60,538 bases of DNA from Deferribacterales bacterium (GCA_050253335.1 JBFWJG010000007.1:1-60538); one strand, 5' to 3'; positions 16,842-27,238 are shown, numbered from the stretch's first letter. The notes: generated by a model not told the origin, from the sequence alone. Numbers and translations are program-made.

Positions 16842-18416
16842 TTAATCCGTTTTCAGGTTATTAAGCTCATCCTCCTGCATGGGCTGGACGGTGACAGAGC
16901 CGAATTTATGATAAATAACAAAGCCGGGCGGGCTTCCCTTGGGCTTTTTGACGTGCTTTTTCCTTGTGTAGTCCACAGTAACCCTTGCTTCCTCTTTGTG
17001 CCTGCTGAAGGCGGCTGTTATGGCGGCGGCCTGCATTATGTCAGCCTCATCCGGCTGGGTTTCACAGCGGAGAATGAGATGGGCGGAGGGTATTTTCTGG
17101 GCGTGGAACCAGTAGTCGTCAGGCTTGGCGAACTGAAACACCAGACGGTGGTTGGTGACCGAGTTTCGTCCGGCGTAGGCCTTGCCGCAGGGAAGCTGAA
17201 AGCACATAAACTGCTTCTGCTTTATCTCCTGCTTGGTTTTGGCTCTGTCACCGCGGCGCATTTCATCCTCAAGAGCCAGAAGCTCCTCCTCGCCAGCGGA
17301 GTTTTCTATGAAGTAGATCTGCTCTTCAATCCCTTCCAGAAACTGCTCTATCTCTTTAATTCTCTCCTCAATCCTGAAAACGGAGCGCTCCATCTTCGCC
17401 GCTTTTCTGAACAGCTTTCCCGCAAGGGCGGAAGGGTTTTCGCCTTCGGGCACTGTGAAGATACGCTTTTCCACGCCTCCCGTGGTATAAAAATTCAGCT
17501 CCAGTTCCCCTGTGCGTCCGTCAATTTCCGAGAGGTTGTCACGCAGAAGAACTCCTTTCTCATAGGTTTCCTTCCAGAGAGACGCCTCATTCAGCTCTTT
17601 TTCAAGCTCCGCCGTCAGTGCGGTATATTTTTTCCGCTGTTTTTCATAAAATTTCAGAAGACGCTTCTTCGCAGCGCCGCTCTTTTTTATCTCCGCATCC
17701 CCGCTGAGAATACGGGCATACTGAGCAAGGTTTATGCTCTCCTCTGCCTCCGGAGACTTAAAAGGGATCACCTTGCCGTTTTCCGTTATGTAAAACCTGT
17801 CGTCTTCAAAGAGACAGCTGTTGATATACATGCAGGTTTCCGCAAAAGAGAAGCCCGATGCCCTCAGTTTTTCAGCATGTTTAACCGTGAGCGGGTAAAA
17901 ACCCGCAAGCTCGGCGAAGTTTCCGCAGTTTTCGTGATTTTCCAGACTGAGACGCTTGTTCGCCTTAGGCGCGGCGTATTTTTCACCTATACCGAACGCC
18001 CTGTCCGCATCGGCGTTGCTTCTGTTCAGCAGAAAAAGCACAGTCCCCTCACCGTCAGTCACGGCGACGTTGGACATTCTGCCGATCAGCTCAGCCATAA
18101 GCCTGTACTGAATGATTTTCCCGCTGGGGCGGCGTTTGAGAAAGGTGAACCGCACGAGGCGGTCGTATCTGCGGCAGTCTATGGACTTCAGCGTGGCGCC
18201 ACTGAGGGCGTCCAGCCTGTCGGACTGGGAGCCGTCGCACTTGTCCGTAGGAAAAACAGCGGGCGAATCGCCGCAGCGGATGCGGATATATTTTGCACCG
18301 TCCCCGTAAAGAGAAAGGTAAAGCGAATCATCCGTAACGCCGATACGGTTCAGCTTGCTTCCGGCAAATTCTGCATTGAGCAGGCGGACTGTTTTAGTGA
18401 GAGTGAGTCCGTCCAT
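16842..18416 (-). CDS. rqcH: NFACT family protein (RqcH/Rqc2, FbpA-like)
   Basis: MDGL N-terminus, YDR, ELIGRMSN, coiled coil, GRN..N..L...DYWFHA..IPSAH, VDYT..K.VKKPKG.PPG.V.Y. Confidence 0.85.
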   Translation of the reverse strand: MDGLTLTKTVRLLNAEFAGSKLNRIGVTDDSLYLSLYGDGAKYIRIRCGDSPAVFPTDKCDGSQSDRLDALSGATLKSIDCRRYDRLVRFTFLKRRPSGKIIQYRLMAELIGRMSNVAVTDGEGTVLFLLNRSNADADRAFGIGEKYAAPKANKRLSLENHENCGNFAELAGFYPLTVKHAEKLRASGFSFAETCMYINSCLFEDDRFYITENGKVIPFKSPEAEESINLAQYARILSGDAEIKKSGAAKKRLLKFYEKQRKKYTALTAELEKELNEASLWKETYEKGVLLRDNLSEIDGRTGELELNFYTTGGVEKRIFTVPEGENPSALAGKLFRKAAKMERSVFRIEERIKEIEQFLEGIEEQIYFIENSAGEEELLALEDEMRRGDRAKTKQEIKQKQFMCFQLPCGKAYAGRNSVTNHRLVFQFAKPDDYWFHAQKIPSAHLILRCETQPDEADIMQAAAITAAFSRHKEEARVTVDYTRKKHVKKPKGSPPGFVIYHKFGSVTVQPMQEDELNNLKTD

Positions 18417-19501
18417 TAACCTTCAGCTTCCGCAGGGGGGGTACTGAGATATTTGGCAAACGCCTTCTTATCGAAGCATTTGGCGTATGCCTCCTCCGGC
18501 GATATTTTTCCGTCATTCAGCAGATCCCTGATAGCTCCGTCCATAAGCTGCATCCCTTCGGCTTTTCCGGTCTGGATGCTGGAGGGGATCTGGAAGGTTT
18601 TCCCTTCCCTTATGAGGTTTGCGATGGCGCTGTTCACAAACATTATCTCAAGCGCCGCGACACGGCCGGGCTTGTCCGTCCTCTTGAAAAGCTGCTGGCA
18701 GACAACGCCTTTCAGGGATTCGCTGAGCATGGCGCGGATCTGCGCCTGCCTGCCTTCGGGGAAAACGTCTATTATCCTGTCCACGGTCTTTGCGGCGGAG
18801 TTGGTATGCAGAGTGCCGAAGACAAGGTGCCCCGTCTCGGCGGCTGTTATGGCAAGCTCGATGGTTTCAAGGTCACGCATCTCACCCACGAGGATTACAT
18901 CGGGGTCTTCACGCAGGGCGGCCTTGAGCGCGGCGGCGAAGCTCTGGGTATGCGCCCCTACCTCTCGGTGGTTAACGAGGCATCTGGCGGGCTTGTGCAC
19001 GAACTCCACCGGATCCTCGACAGTGAGAATGTGATCGGGTCTGTTTTTGTTAATGTAGTCAATTATTCCGGCAAGGGTGGTTGACTTCCCGCTTCCGGTC
19101 GCTCCGGTTACGAGGATAAGTCCTCGGCTGTAGTCGGCGAACCTCAGCACCTGCGGCGGCAGACCGAGCTGCTCCACAGTGAGGATTGTATCGGGAATTA
19201 TCCTGAAAACAGCGCCCATGCCCCTTTTCTGGTAATAGTAATTGGCACGGAAACGTGCCTTCCCGGGAATTTCATAAGCGAAATCCAGATCTTTTTTATC
19301 GAGAAACTTCTTCCACTGCTCCTCACTGCATATTTCAGCAAGAAGCTCGGTCAGCATTTCGTTTGTGAGTTTGTCATATTTAAAAGGGATTTCCGTGAGC
19401 TCGCCGTGCCTTCTCATCTGCGGCTTAACGCCGGATGAAAGGTGAAGGTCACTGCCCCCTTCGTTCATCAGGTGGTTGAAAAAAGCGTCTATCTTAGCCA
19501 T
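18416..19501 (-). CDS. pilT: Type IV pilus retraction ATPase PilT
   Basis: SDLHL, RFRAN, GATGSGKST, EDPVE, LREDPD..LVGEMRD, TLHT, AIANLIRE. Confidence 0.93.
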   Translation of the reverse strand: MAKIDAFFNHLMNEGGSDLHLSSGVKPQMRRHGELTEIPFKYDKLTNEMLTELLAEICSEEQWKKFLDKKDLDFAYEIPGKARFRANYYYQKRGMGAVFRIIPDTILTVEQLGLPPQVLRFADYSRGLILVTGATGSGKSTTLAGIIDYINKNRPDHILTVEDPVEFVHKPARCLVNHREVGAHTQSFAAALKAALREDPDVILVGEMRDLETIELAITAAETGHLVFGTLHTNSAAKTVDRIIDVFPEGRQAQIRAMLSESLKGVVCQQLFKRTDKPGRVAALEIMFVNSAIANLIREGKTFQIPSSIQTGKAEGMQLMDGAIRDLLNDGKISPEEAYAKCFDKKAFAKYLSTPPAEAEG

Positions 19502-19696
19502 GTTCCCCTCCGGCAGAGCAATTATTAAGTCATTTTACACCACATTTCAGGGGATTCAAAGAGCTTATGGAGAACGGGAAATATTAACCTGAAATTTTTC
19601 CGTCCTAATTCGGACTTTTTTCGTTGACAAATAAAAGGCGGGAACCAATGTTATAAGCAAGGAAATTTTCCCTCCCCTCCTTAACACACATGCTTG

Positions 19697-19730
19697 GCCG
19701 GTCGCTTCCCCAATGCGGCCGGCATTTTTT
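19697..19730 (+). terminator. Intrinsic terminator with no sense gene upstream (candidate sRNA 3' end)
   Basis: GCCGGTCGC-ttccccaat-GCGGCCGGC then ATTTTTT. Confidence 0.6.
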
Positions 19731-19811
19731 ATGTCCTGATTGTGAAAAATGCAAACAATTATCTCCTGTTCCGTAAAACATGGTATTATCTCTCATTATC
19801 GGAGGTGCGCC

Positions 19812-21641
19812 ATGCGCGGAAAGTTTCTGTACACCCTTATCTCGTTCATTCTAATTCTGCCTTTACTGACAGCCGGATGCGGCTCAGGTTCAAGCTCAGG
19901 TTCATCTGAAAATGATGTGTCTGTCTACTCCATGCTTCCCGAACCTGAAGCAGGAAATACGGCGGTTTTCAGTTCATCAGGACTTTTAAACCTGACCCAG
20001 ACAAATCTTCTCAGCGGAAGCATCGGCGGTTCCTCCCTTTCTGATTACGCCACATACGCAGCCAGAGACAACTCGGCCGGCTGGGCGTTCGGGCTGGACA
20101 GGGAAGCACTCACAGCAACCCTCGGCGAAAGCACTGCAGCGGGCTACGAAAACAACATTACGGAATTTATTGACGAAATATTCGCCCACCCTTCAGTGAC
20201 TGCAAAGCTTCATGACGCAGTCGGAAACTTTCCTCTTTTCACAGGGGCAAACAACATCACCGCCCTGAGCATGCCTGATTCAGTTGAACTGAAATCCATC
20301 TCAGTCGCAGACGGTGTGTACACTGAAAACGGGGTTCAGAGATCTATGATTTCCCTGAATATTGTGCTCCCCTTTGTGCTCACTGCTCAGGACACTGACC
20401 TTGCCGCCTGTTCGGATGTTATAACAGAAGTCGCGGCAAATGATAATCTGAGCGAATTTATCAATCCTGCTGCCGCTGAATGGGACTATCAGATCAGCGC
20501 CAGTCTGGTCTTCTTTGTGAATGACATGAGCGCAGGACATGACGAGGCTCTTCTCACGAAAAACAGCGATACTCTCAGTGAGGCAGAGGAAGCAGCCGCG
20601 GCAAAGAACTTCGGGCTTATTATGTGGTTTCTCGAAAATCTGAACAGCCATCAGATCCCGTCATATGACGCCATGTTTGTTTTCAGCCCCTCTGACAGCC
20701 TTATTTCATCAACTCTCGGCAAAATCCACGGAACAGCAAAAACCAATGAAGACGTGGACTGTCTCATGGCTGTTGATGCTCTCATGCCGGAGGCTTCCCT
20801 CTTAATTCCGAATATAACAGGCGAGGACTACCTCGACACTGATTACGAATACTACACGCACACTTATAACGACGACCTTGACGGCGCAGGCCCCGGGGAT
20901 GAACACGGGGCTTCCTGCCTCCACGACAAGGACGGGAACATTGTCATTGTTGACGGCGAATCATCCTGTGCAACAGCCACGGGAAGCTACGACTTGTCCG
21001 ACAATCTATCCGTTTCCGGAAGCTCGGTCATTTCAGGCGTTGCGGCGGCAAGAACAATTATCTCTCCTTATCAGAAGATCACGATAAAGAGCGAGCACTT
21101 CCACAATGACGCATCTGTCAGGACAACATCAGGCATTTGCAACAAAAGCCCTTGGACACACCTCAGAACTCCCAGATTCGGCAGAGGAATAAAACTCGCC
21201 GTAAGCGAATGGGCAATACACGGACAGATAGCGGATCACTGGAACATCCACTGGTATCAGAGGCCAAAAAGCGCGCTTGCCCAGTCCGCGATAAGCGATG
21301 CGGCTTATTTGATCAAGCTTGTTGCCCAGGAAATTCTGGTGGGCGGTTCATGGTGGGGATTTGCCTTCGCCACGGCCGGACAGGCATATAAATATGCCTC
21401 CAAATTCAATATCTCCATAGCAGGACACAAAATGGGCGGAGATACCAACAGCCGCATAGGGGATCTGATAGTGGCTGTAATCCGGTACGGAACATTGGCC
21501 TCAAGCGTGAAGGAGTACCTCAAATCCATTGCAGTCTCCGAAACCGTTGACGGCATAGCTCAGATGTTCCAGACTCAGGTTACCGGATGGCAGGACTACT
21601 ACAGCGGTTCTCACTGGGTATGCGATTATCAGTTTAATTAA
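19812..21641 (+). CDS. Hypothetical lipoprotein (609 aa)
   Basis: GGAGG RBS, ATG 19812, signal peptide with lipobox LTAG-C and Ser/Gly linker; no recognised domain. Confidence 0.75.
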   Translation: MRGKFLYTLISFILILPLLTAGCGSGSSSGSSENDVSVYSMLPEPEAGNTAVFSSSGLLNLTQTNLLSGSIGGSSLSDYATYAARDNSAGWAFGLDREALTATLGESTAAGYENNITEFIDEIFAHPSVTAKLHDAVGNFPLFTGANNITALSMPDSVELKSISVADGVYTENGVQRSMISLNIVLPFVLTAQDTDLAACSDVITEVAANDNLSEFINPAAAEWDYQISASLVFFVNDMSAGHDEALLTKNSDTLSEAEEAAAAKNFGLIMWFLENLNSHQIPSYDAMFVFSPSDSLISSTLGKIHGTAKTNEDVDCLMAVDALMPEASLLIPNITGEDYLDTDYEYYTHTYNDDLDGAGPGDEHGASCLHDKDGNIVIVDGESSCATATGSYDLSDNLSVSGSSVISGVAAARTIISPYQKITIKSEHFHNDASVRTTSGICNKSPWTHLRTPRFGRGIKLAVSEWAIHGQIADHWNIHWYQRPKSALAQSAISDAAYLIKLVAQEILVGGSWWGFAFATAGQAYKYASKFNISIAGHKMGGDTNSRIGDLIVAVIRYGTLASSVKEYLKSIAVSETVDGIAQMFQTQVTGWQDYYSGSHWVCDYQFN

Positions 21642-21731
21642 GGCAGAAAACAGCGGTACTCGCTGAAATATTTCCCTGCCCTCCTTTTTAAGGAAGGGGG
21701 GCAGGCTCTTTCCCTGATTATTCAAAATTTA

Positions 21732-21948
21732 CCATCCATGGAACTGTGGGCTTTAATTACTTTATGTATCTTTGAATAGTGCCCATCAGTTCTTCGACTT
21801 GATAGTAAAATCAGTGCATCCTGCCTGATTTTACACACGCTCGCGCCTTGCAGAGCAAGGCTTCGCTGCGCACGGCGCAGTTCCATCCATGGAACTGTGG
21901 GGTTCAGCTATTTTATGTATCTTTGAATAGTGCCCATCAGTTCTTCGA
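21732..21948. repeat. 66-bp imperfect direct repeat of the csoR 3' end (21732-21797, 21883-21948) enclosing a multi-hairpin insert
   Basis: CCATCCATGGAACTGTGGG...TTTATGTATCTTTGAATAGTGCCCATCAGTTCTTCGA occurs twice, 151 bp apart. Confidence 0.9.
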
Positions 21949-22165
21949 TGGCGGCGTCAGGGTTATCTTCCCTGATGGCGGAGGAGACACAGCTTTTCAG
22001 GTGTTTTTCCAGCACCATGAGCGTGACTTTGTCCAGCCCGCCGCGCACGGCGGAGATCTGGTTCACTATGTCGATACAGTATGAACCGTCCTCCACCATG
22101 CGGATTATGCCGCCTATCTGCCCCTGAATTTTTTTCAGCCTGTCCAGAGTGTCGGCGTGTTTCAA
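21908..22165 (-). CDS. csoR: CsoR/RcnR-family copper-sensing repressor
   Basis: RLKKIQGQIGGI, YCIDI, HLKSC (Cys-His-Cys ligands). Confidence 0.92.
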   Translation of the reverse strand: MKHADTLDRLKKIQGQIGGIIRMVEDGSYCIDIVNQISAVRGGLDKVTLMVLEKHLKSCVSSAIREDNPDAAIEELMGTIQRYIK

Positions 22166-22371
22166 GATTTTACCTCGTAGCCTTCGTCAATGATTATTTC
22201 CTTAATCTCCTCAAGGCTCACCTTCGCTCCGTCAAACTCAACCTCAACCGATTTCGCCGCAAGATCAACCTTAACGGACTCAACGCCCGCAGTTCCGCCG
22301 AGGGCTTTTTCCACTGCCATTTTGCAGTGTCCGCACTTCATTCCGTCAACTTTAAGTTCCGCTTTTTCCAT
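22162..22371 (-). CDS. copZ: Copper chaperone CopZ
   Basis: GMKCGHC HMA motif, 69 aa. Confidence 0.92.
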   Translation of the reverse strand: MEKAELKVDGMKCGHCKMAVEKALGGTAGVESVKVDLAAKSVEVEFDGAKVSLEEIKEIIIDEGYEVKS

Positions 22372-24536
22372 TACCGCACTCTCCTTAAATATTTGTCAGG
22401 GCTCCACCTCTTGAGCCTCAGCGCGTTCAGCACCACGGAAACGGAGCTGAACGACATCGCCGCTCCCGCTATGATCGGGCTCAGATAGCCCATGGCGGCG
22501 AGGGGGATTCCCAGTATGTTATATATCAGCGCCCAGAACAGGCTGAGCTTTATGTTAGTCATTGCGCTCCTGCTTATTTTCAGGGCGATTCCGAGTTCCT
22601 TCATTGTGCCTTTAAGCAGGGTAACACCCGATGTCTCTATGGCCACATCAGTACCCGTGCCCATGGCTATGCCCACATCCGCAAGTGCGAGAGAAGGCGC
22701 ATCGTTTATTCCGTCCCCCACCATGGCAACGGTTCTGCCGTCTGCTTTAAGTTTTTCGATTACTTCCTTTTTGCCGTCCGGCAGAACTCCGGCTATGACA
22801 TGCCTTATCCCCGCCTCAACAGCCACGGCACGGGCGGCTTTTTCCGTATCTCCGGTCAGCATGAAAACCTCCATGCCCAGCTTTCCGGCATATTCCACCA
22901 GTTCCCTTGCACCGTCTTTTATTTTATCCGAAACGGCAAGCAGACCTGCCGCCTGTCCGTCTATTGTCACATAAACCAGAGTCCGTCCGAGGGATTCAAG
23001 CTCTTCCGCCTTTGCCGAAAGAGATGAGAAATCCGCTTCGGCGAGCCTCCTGCTTCCGGCTGTCACCGTTCTGCCGTTCACAGTGGCCTTTATCCCTTTG
23101 CCGGCATCGGTCACGGCATTCTCCGCAGGCGGAAGCTCAAGCCCCGCCGCCGCTTCTATAACCGCCTTCGCCAAAGGGTGCTCCGAGAGCATTTCCGCCG
23201 CGGCGGCATATTTCAGCACATCATCCTTCGTGAAGCCGGCCGCTGTTTCAATCTCTCTCACTGCGGGCTTACCCTCAGTGACAGTCCCTGTCTTATCAAG
23301 GACAAGGGTGTCAGTGCGGCTGAGTTTCTCCAGATGCTCCCCGCCCTTGAAAAGCACTCCGAAGGAGGCCGCCCTGCCTGTTGCGGTCATTACGGATGTC
23401 GGCGTGGCAAGCCCCAGAGCGCAGGGGCAGGAGATAACTATAACACTGGTGAATATGATAATTGCCTTGGTAAATCCCGCACCCAGTATGAAAAACCAGA
23501 AAGTGAAAGCCATAAGGGCGAAGATGATAACCAGAGGCACGAAGTATGACGAAATAACATCCGCCATGCGCTGGATAGGCGCCTTAACCGCCTGCGCGTC
23601 CTCCACCATGCGGATTATCCTGCTGAGGAGGGTGTCGGCACCCACGCGGGTTACCCTGACGAGGAGTGTTCCGCCGCCGTTCACGGTTCCGCCAGTGACC
23701 TCGGCTCCCGTTTCTTTCAGAACAGGCAGGCTCTCACCCGTAACCATGGATTCGTCTATGTAAGAAGAACCGGAGATTATCTCCCCGTCCAGAGGAATCT
23801 TTGTTCCGGGCTTGACCACAAGGGTCTCGCCGGCCATAACCGATTCCACGCCCACCTCAGCCTCTTTGCCGTCATGGATGACAACGGCGGTTTTCGCGCC
23901 GAGTTCCATCAGGCTCCTGAGCGCGTCCGCCGTGCGTGCTTTCGCTATCCCTTCGAGATATTTGCCGAGAAGCACAAGGGTAATCAGCATGGCTGAAGCC
24001 TCAAAGTACAGATGCCCGTCAAAGAACATGCTCACAACGCTGTACAGGTACGCCGTTGTGGTTCCCATTGCCACAAGCACATCCATATTAGCCGAGCCGT
24101 GTTTAAGGTTGGCGTAAGCTCCTTTATAGAACCGCCATCCGCCCGCAAACTGAACAAACGATGCCAGCACGAACTGCACCCACTTATTCATAAAAATGAG
24201 AGGAAAAACATTGAGCCCGAACACATGGTCAAACATGGAGAGGCTCATGGGGAGAGTGAAAATAACGGAAAGAATGAGAATTATTTTGGTGTGCCTTTCG
24301 GCCTCCGCCGGATCGCCCGCCTCTTTGGAGGCTCCGAACCCTATATCCTCAATGAGGCGGATAATGTCTTCCTCTTTGAGAATTTCCCTGTCGTAAACCA
24401 CCCGCCCCTTGGCTGTGCTGAGGTTTACGGCCGCTTCGGATATGCCTTTCTGTCTGGAGAGCTTTCTTTCTATCCTTGATGAGCACGCAGAGCATGTCAT
24501 TCCGGTTATATTGAGTTTTACGCTTTCTTCTTTCAT
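22371..24536 (-). CDS. copA: Cu(I)-translocating P1B-type ATPase
   Basis: [42 protein letters not shown]. Confidence 0.95.
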   Translation of the reverse strand: MKEESVKLNITGMTCSACSSRIERKLSRQKGISEAAVNLSTAKGRVVYDREILKEEDIIRLIEDIGFGASKEAGDPAEAERHTKIILILSVIFTLPMSLSMFDHVFGLNVFPLIFMNKWVQFVLASFVQFAGGWRFYKGAYANLKHGSANMDVLVAMGTTTAYLYSVVSMFFDGHLYFEASAMLITLVLLGKYLEGIAKARTADALRSLMELGAKTAVVIHDGKEAEVGVESVMAGETLVVKPGTKIPLDGEIISGSSYIDESMVTGESLPVLKETGAEVTGGTVNGGGTLLVRVTRVGADTLLSRIIRMVEDAQAVKAPIQRMADVISSYFVPLVIIFALMAFTFWFFILGAGFTKAIIIFTSVIVISCPCALGLATPTSVMTATGRAASFGVLFKGGEHLEKLSRTDTLVLDKTGTVTEGKPAVREIETAAGFTKDDVLKYAAAAEMLSEHPLAKAVIEAAAGLELPPAENAVTDAGKGIKATVNGRTVTAGSRRLAEADFSSLSAKAEELESLGRTLVYVTIDGQAAGLLAVSDKIKDGARELVEYAGKLGMEVFMLTGDTEKAARAVAVEAGIRHVIAGVLPDGKKEVIEKLKADGRTVAMVGDGINDAPSLALADVGIAMGTGTDVAIETSGVTLLKGTMKELGIALKISRSAMTNIKLSLFWALIYNILGIPLAAMGYLSPIIAGAAMSFSSVSVVLNALRLKRWSPDKYLRRVR

Positions 24537-24540
24537 ACAT

Positions 24541-24557
24541 ATACCCCGTAAGGGTAT
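24541..24557. promoter_or_regulatory. CsoR operator
   Basis: Palindrome ATACCC-CGTAA-GGGTAT directly upstream of copA; matches the C-tract/G-tract CsoR box type. Confidence 0.8.
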
Positions 24558-24607
24558 AGTACGCCGATTTCATGACAGTTCAAGGGAAAATTTGATAAAA
24601 AAAAGGA

Positions 24608-25018
24608 TTACTGCTTCAGACGCCTGATCTCGGCGGACTTTTTTCCTGCCTCTCTGAGCACGGCCTCAAAATCAGCCAGAGTGAAAGGCTTTTTGAGAAA
24701 TCCGAAGATTCCGAGATTTTCCGCACGTTTTTCATAGTCCGGCACATCATATGCCGACATAACCACCACAACCGGCTCGGGGTTGATCTGCTTCATTCCG
24801 GCTATCATTTCAAATCCGGTCATCTCCGGCATCCAAAGATCGGTAATCACAAGATCCACGGGATTTTTACTGAAGATTTCCAGACCGTTCCTTCCGTTGT
24901 CCGCCAGAAAAATCTGCCCGAAAAGATTGCGGAGAATGCTCTCCATGGCTCTTCTGGCGTAGCTGTCATCCTCCACAAACAAGGCGGACAGGCTTTTCAA
25001 ATCATTAAATTCAGTCAT
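24608..25018 (-). CDS. Stand-alone receiver-domain response regulator
   Basis: FVEDD, ITDLWMPEMTG, MSAY, KKPF. Confidence 0.88.
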   Translation of the reverse strand: MTEFNDLKSLSALFVEDDSYARRAMESILRNLFGQIFLADNGRNGLEIFSKNPVDLVITDLWMPEMTGFEMIAGMKQINPEPVVVVMSAYDVPDYEKRAENLGIFGFLKKPFTLADFEAVLREAGKKSAEIRRLKQ

Positions 25019-25066
25019 TACAGCTCTCTTTAAAATAAAAAAACAGGGGAGTGAAACAAGCCCCGC

Positions 25067-26320
25067 TTATAAGTATAGCTTTTCATCCATATCTTTCAAC
25101 CTCTCACAGAGGGAATTAATAATTCTTAATGAAAGCCTGTGGTTAAGCCCGATGAGCTCCCGAAACGCGTCAGGCTCTATACGGAATATCACGGAATCCT
25201 CGCCCGCCTTTGCTGTGGCGGTGCGGGGAGAGCCCAGCAGGTTTGCCATCTCGCCCAGCATATCGCCCTCTTTTACTGCGCCCAAGGGCTTCTCAACGCC
25301 GTCTATGTAAATATCCACCCGTCCCTTGTAAACGTAATAGACTTCTCTGGAAGTGTCCCCCTGACGGAAAAGGATTTCCCCTGACGGAAAAAAGTCCGAG
25401 TAGCGCTTCAGCATGGACGAACCGCTTCCGAAAAAGAACTTTTCAAAAATGTTGCGCCTCCCCTCGCCGTGCACGCTGAAAACCTTGTTTATCACAAGAA
25501 TGTCCGTTCTGTCGCAGACATAAACGAACTCAGCGCAGATGAAAAACACCTGACACACAACATAAACCCAGAGAAGAAGCGCGATAAGCGCCCCTATGAC
25601 CCCGTAGAGCATGTTTGTTTTCGCCATATCCGCCATGAACCCGAAGGCGAATTTAAGCAGAAACAGGAGAAAAGCGAACAGCAGAGCGCCGTTCAGAGCG
25701 GCTTGGGTTGAAGGGCGGCGAATGGGAAGATATCTGTAGCAGATGAAAGCTCCGGCAAAGGCGGCGAACACGGGGAGAATGAACCCCAGCCCCCCTAGAC
25801 GGCCTATAATCTCCGCTCCTATGCCCGCCTGCATGAGGATTCCGCTGATGAAGCCGAGAACAAGCCTCATTCCGGCAAAGAATGTGACAAGAAGGAACAC
25901 GGCGGGGATAATTACTATGGAGATAAATGCGGTCAGAATGAAGTTTCTGTTCTTAGGCGAGGGAAATATAACATCAAAAGCCCGCTGGACAGAGGCGAGG
26001 ATCAGTCTGGATGTCCATAACAGGTTCAGCGCGCCGAATACCCCGACAGCTCCCGCCGCCCCGCCGCTGAGCCCGAACCTCTCCAGAAACTCTCTGTTGA
26101 GCCCCGGGCTGAAACTGCTGAGTATGCGGAAGAAGTCCTCGGAAAAACCGGCATGGCTGTCCAAAAATGACTCAAATATAGTGAGCATGAGAAGAATAAT
26201 CGGAATTATGGACAGCAAGAAGTAATACGCCACAGCTCCCGCGTGGTTTGTCAGCTCGTTTTCCGTGTAGCGGTTAACGGCGATATAAAACTTATGGATA
26301 AACGGTGTGCGGTTTTTCAT
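25067..26320 (-). CDS. YihY/BrkB membrane protein fused to a C-terminal cyclic-nucleotide-binding domain
   Basis: AGAVAYYFLLSIIP, YG.IG.LI.LLLWVY...AEF; then LFRQGD...VYYVYKGRV...GDMLGEM....PRTATA. Confidence 0.85.
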   Translation of the reverse strand: MKNRTPFIHKFYIAVNRYTENELTNHAGAVAYYFLLSIIPIILLMLTIFESFLDSHAGFSEDFFRILSSFSPGLNREFLERFGLSGGAAGAVGVFGALNLLWTSRLILASVQRAFDVIFPSPKNRNFILTAFISIVIIPAVFLLVTFFAGMRLVLGFISGILMQAGIGAEIIGRLGGLGFILPVFAAFAGAFICYRYLPIRRPSTQAALNGALLFAFLLFLLKFAFGFMADMAKTNMLYGVIGALIALLLWVYVVCQVFFICAEFVYVCDRTDILVINKVFSVHGEGRRNIFEKFFFGSGSSMLKRYSDFFPSGEILFRQGDTSREVYYVYKGRVDIYIDGVEKPLGAVKEGDMLGEMANLLGSPRTATAKAGEDSVIFRIEPDAFRELIGLNHRLSLRIINSLCERLKDMDEKLYL

Positions 26321-26347
26321 GTGCACGGCTCCGTGAGAGGTGCGGAA

Positions 26348-27220
26348 TCAGACAACTTTTACATGCCAGGGTTCAAAACGCACTCCGTAAGGGTTTTTTC
26401 TGTCATAACGGATGCGCATGTACCCCTCTTCCAGCAGTCTGGAATATTCCCTTGTGGTGGCGAACCTGTCTGTGAAGTTGAAGTGTCCCCAGCCTTTTAT
26501 TCCCACATCAAAGTCCCCGGTACCATGGTATGAGTAGCCTATGGGAGCTATGGAGCGGGAGGCCATGGAAAGGTTCCCCTTGGTTTCCACAGCCTTAGCG
26601 AGGAAAAGCCCCGCCTGCTTCACAATGCTCCTCACGCCGGAGGTGAGAATCAGGGTCTTCATGTCGGAGGTGATTTTACTGTAGGTTTCCTCGGCCCTGC
26701 CTTTGTATATGAAGTGTCCGGTTCCGGGCATTTTGATTACGTGCTTATCCTTCACCTCATCGTAAAGGCTGTTGAAAATCCTGTCCCCGTAGAACCCGTA
26801 AACGGATGCGTTCCTGCGGAAAAATTCCTCCATAAAGTTTTTTTCCTGAGGGGTAAATTCGGCCAGTGAGCCTCTGAGGCTCATGGTGCTTAGAGCATCG
26901 CGGTAGGAAAGTATATTGAAATTGCCGAAGCCGACAAACTTCATAAGCTCCCTGAGCTTGGAGTTACAGCTCTGAATCAGGGCAAATTCAGCCGGAGAGG
27001 CTATCACATCATCCTTGAAGCTGTGGTTGAATTCCCTTATTTTCTTGAAATATTCGCTGTTGTATATCTGCTGTCCGTCCTCAATGCGGCACAGGCCGGC
27101 CTTAGGGTCTTTTTTCTCTTCCGGAAAAGGGAAAACAAAGCCAAAAGCCTCCTCAGCACCGAAAAGGCAGGAGACGGCAGGAACAGCGGCGGCAAATTTC
27201 AGAAAAGTTCTTCTGTTCAC
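26348..27220 (-). CDS. M15B/VanY-like D,D-carboxypeptidase with Tat signal
   Basis: NRRTFLK Tat motif; SGVRS...Q, AP.GYSYH.TG.FD, EPWH. Confidence 0.82.
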   Translation of the reverse strand: MNRRTFLKFAAAVPAVSCLFGAEEAFGFVFPFPEEKKDPKAGLCRIEDGQQIYNSEYFKKIREFNHSFKDDVIASPAEFALIQSCNSKLRELMKFVGFGNFNILSYRDALSTMSLRGSLAEFTPQEKNFMEEFFRRNASVYGFYGDRIFNSLYDEVKDKHVIKMPGTGHFIYKGRAEETYSKITSDMKTLILTSGVRSIVKQAGLFLAKAVETKGNLSMASRSIAPIGYSYHGTGDFDVGIKGWGHFNFTDRFATTREYSRLLEEGYMRIRYDRKNPYGVRFEPWHVKVV

Positions 27221-27238
27221 GGCAAAGCACCATGTAAA

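Noticed and set aside
16908..18419. 503-aa plus-strand ORF
   Set aside because: Antisense shadow of the NFACT gene with no recognisable motifs.
21732..21948. Prophage attL/attR pair
   Set aside because: The repeats are only 151 bp apart and no integrase or phage genes are present.
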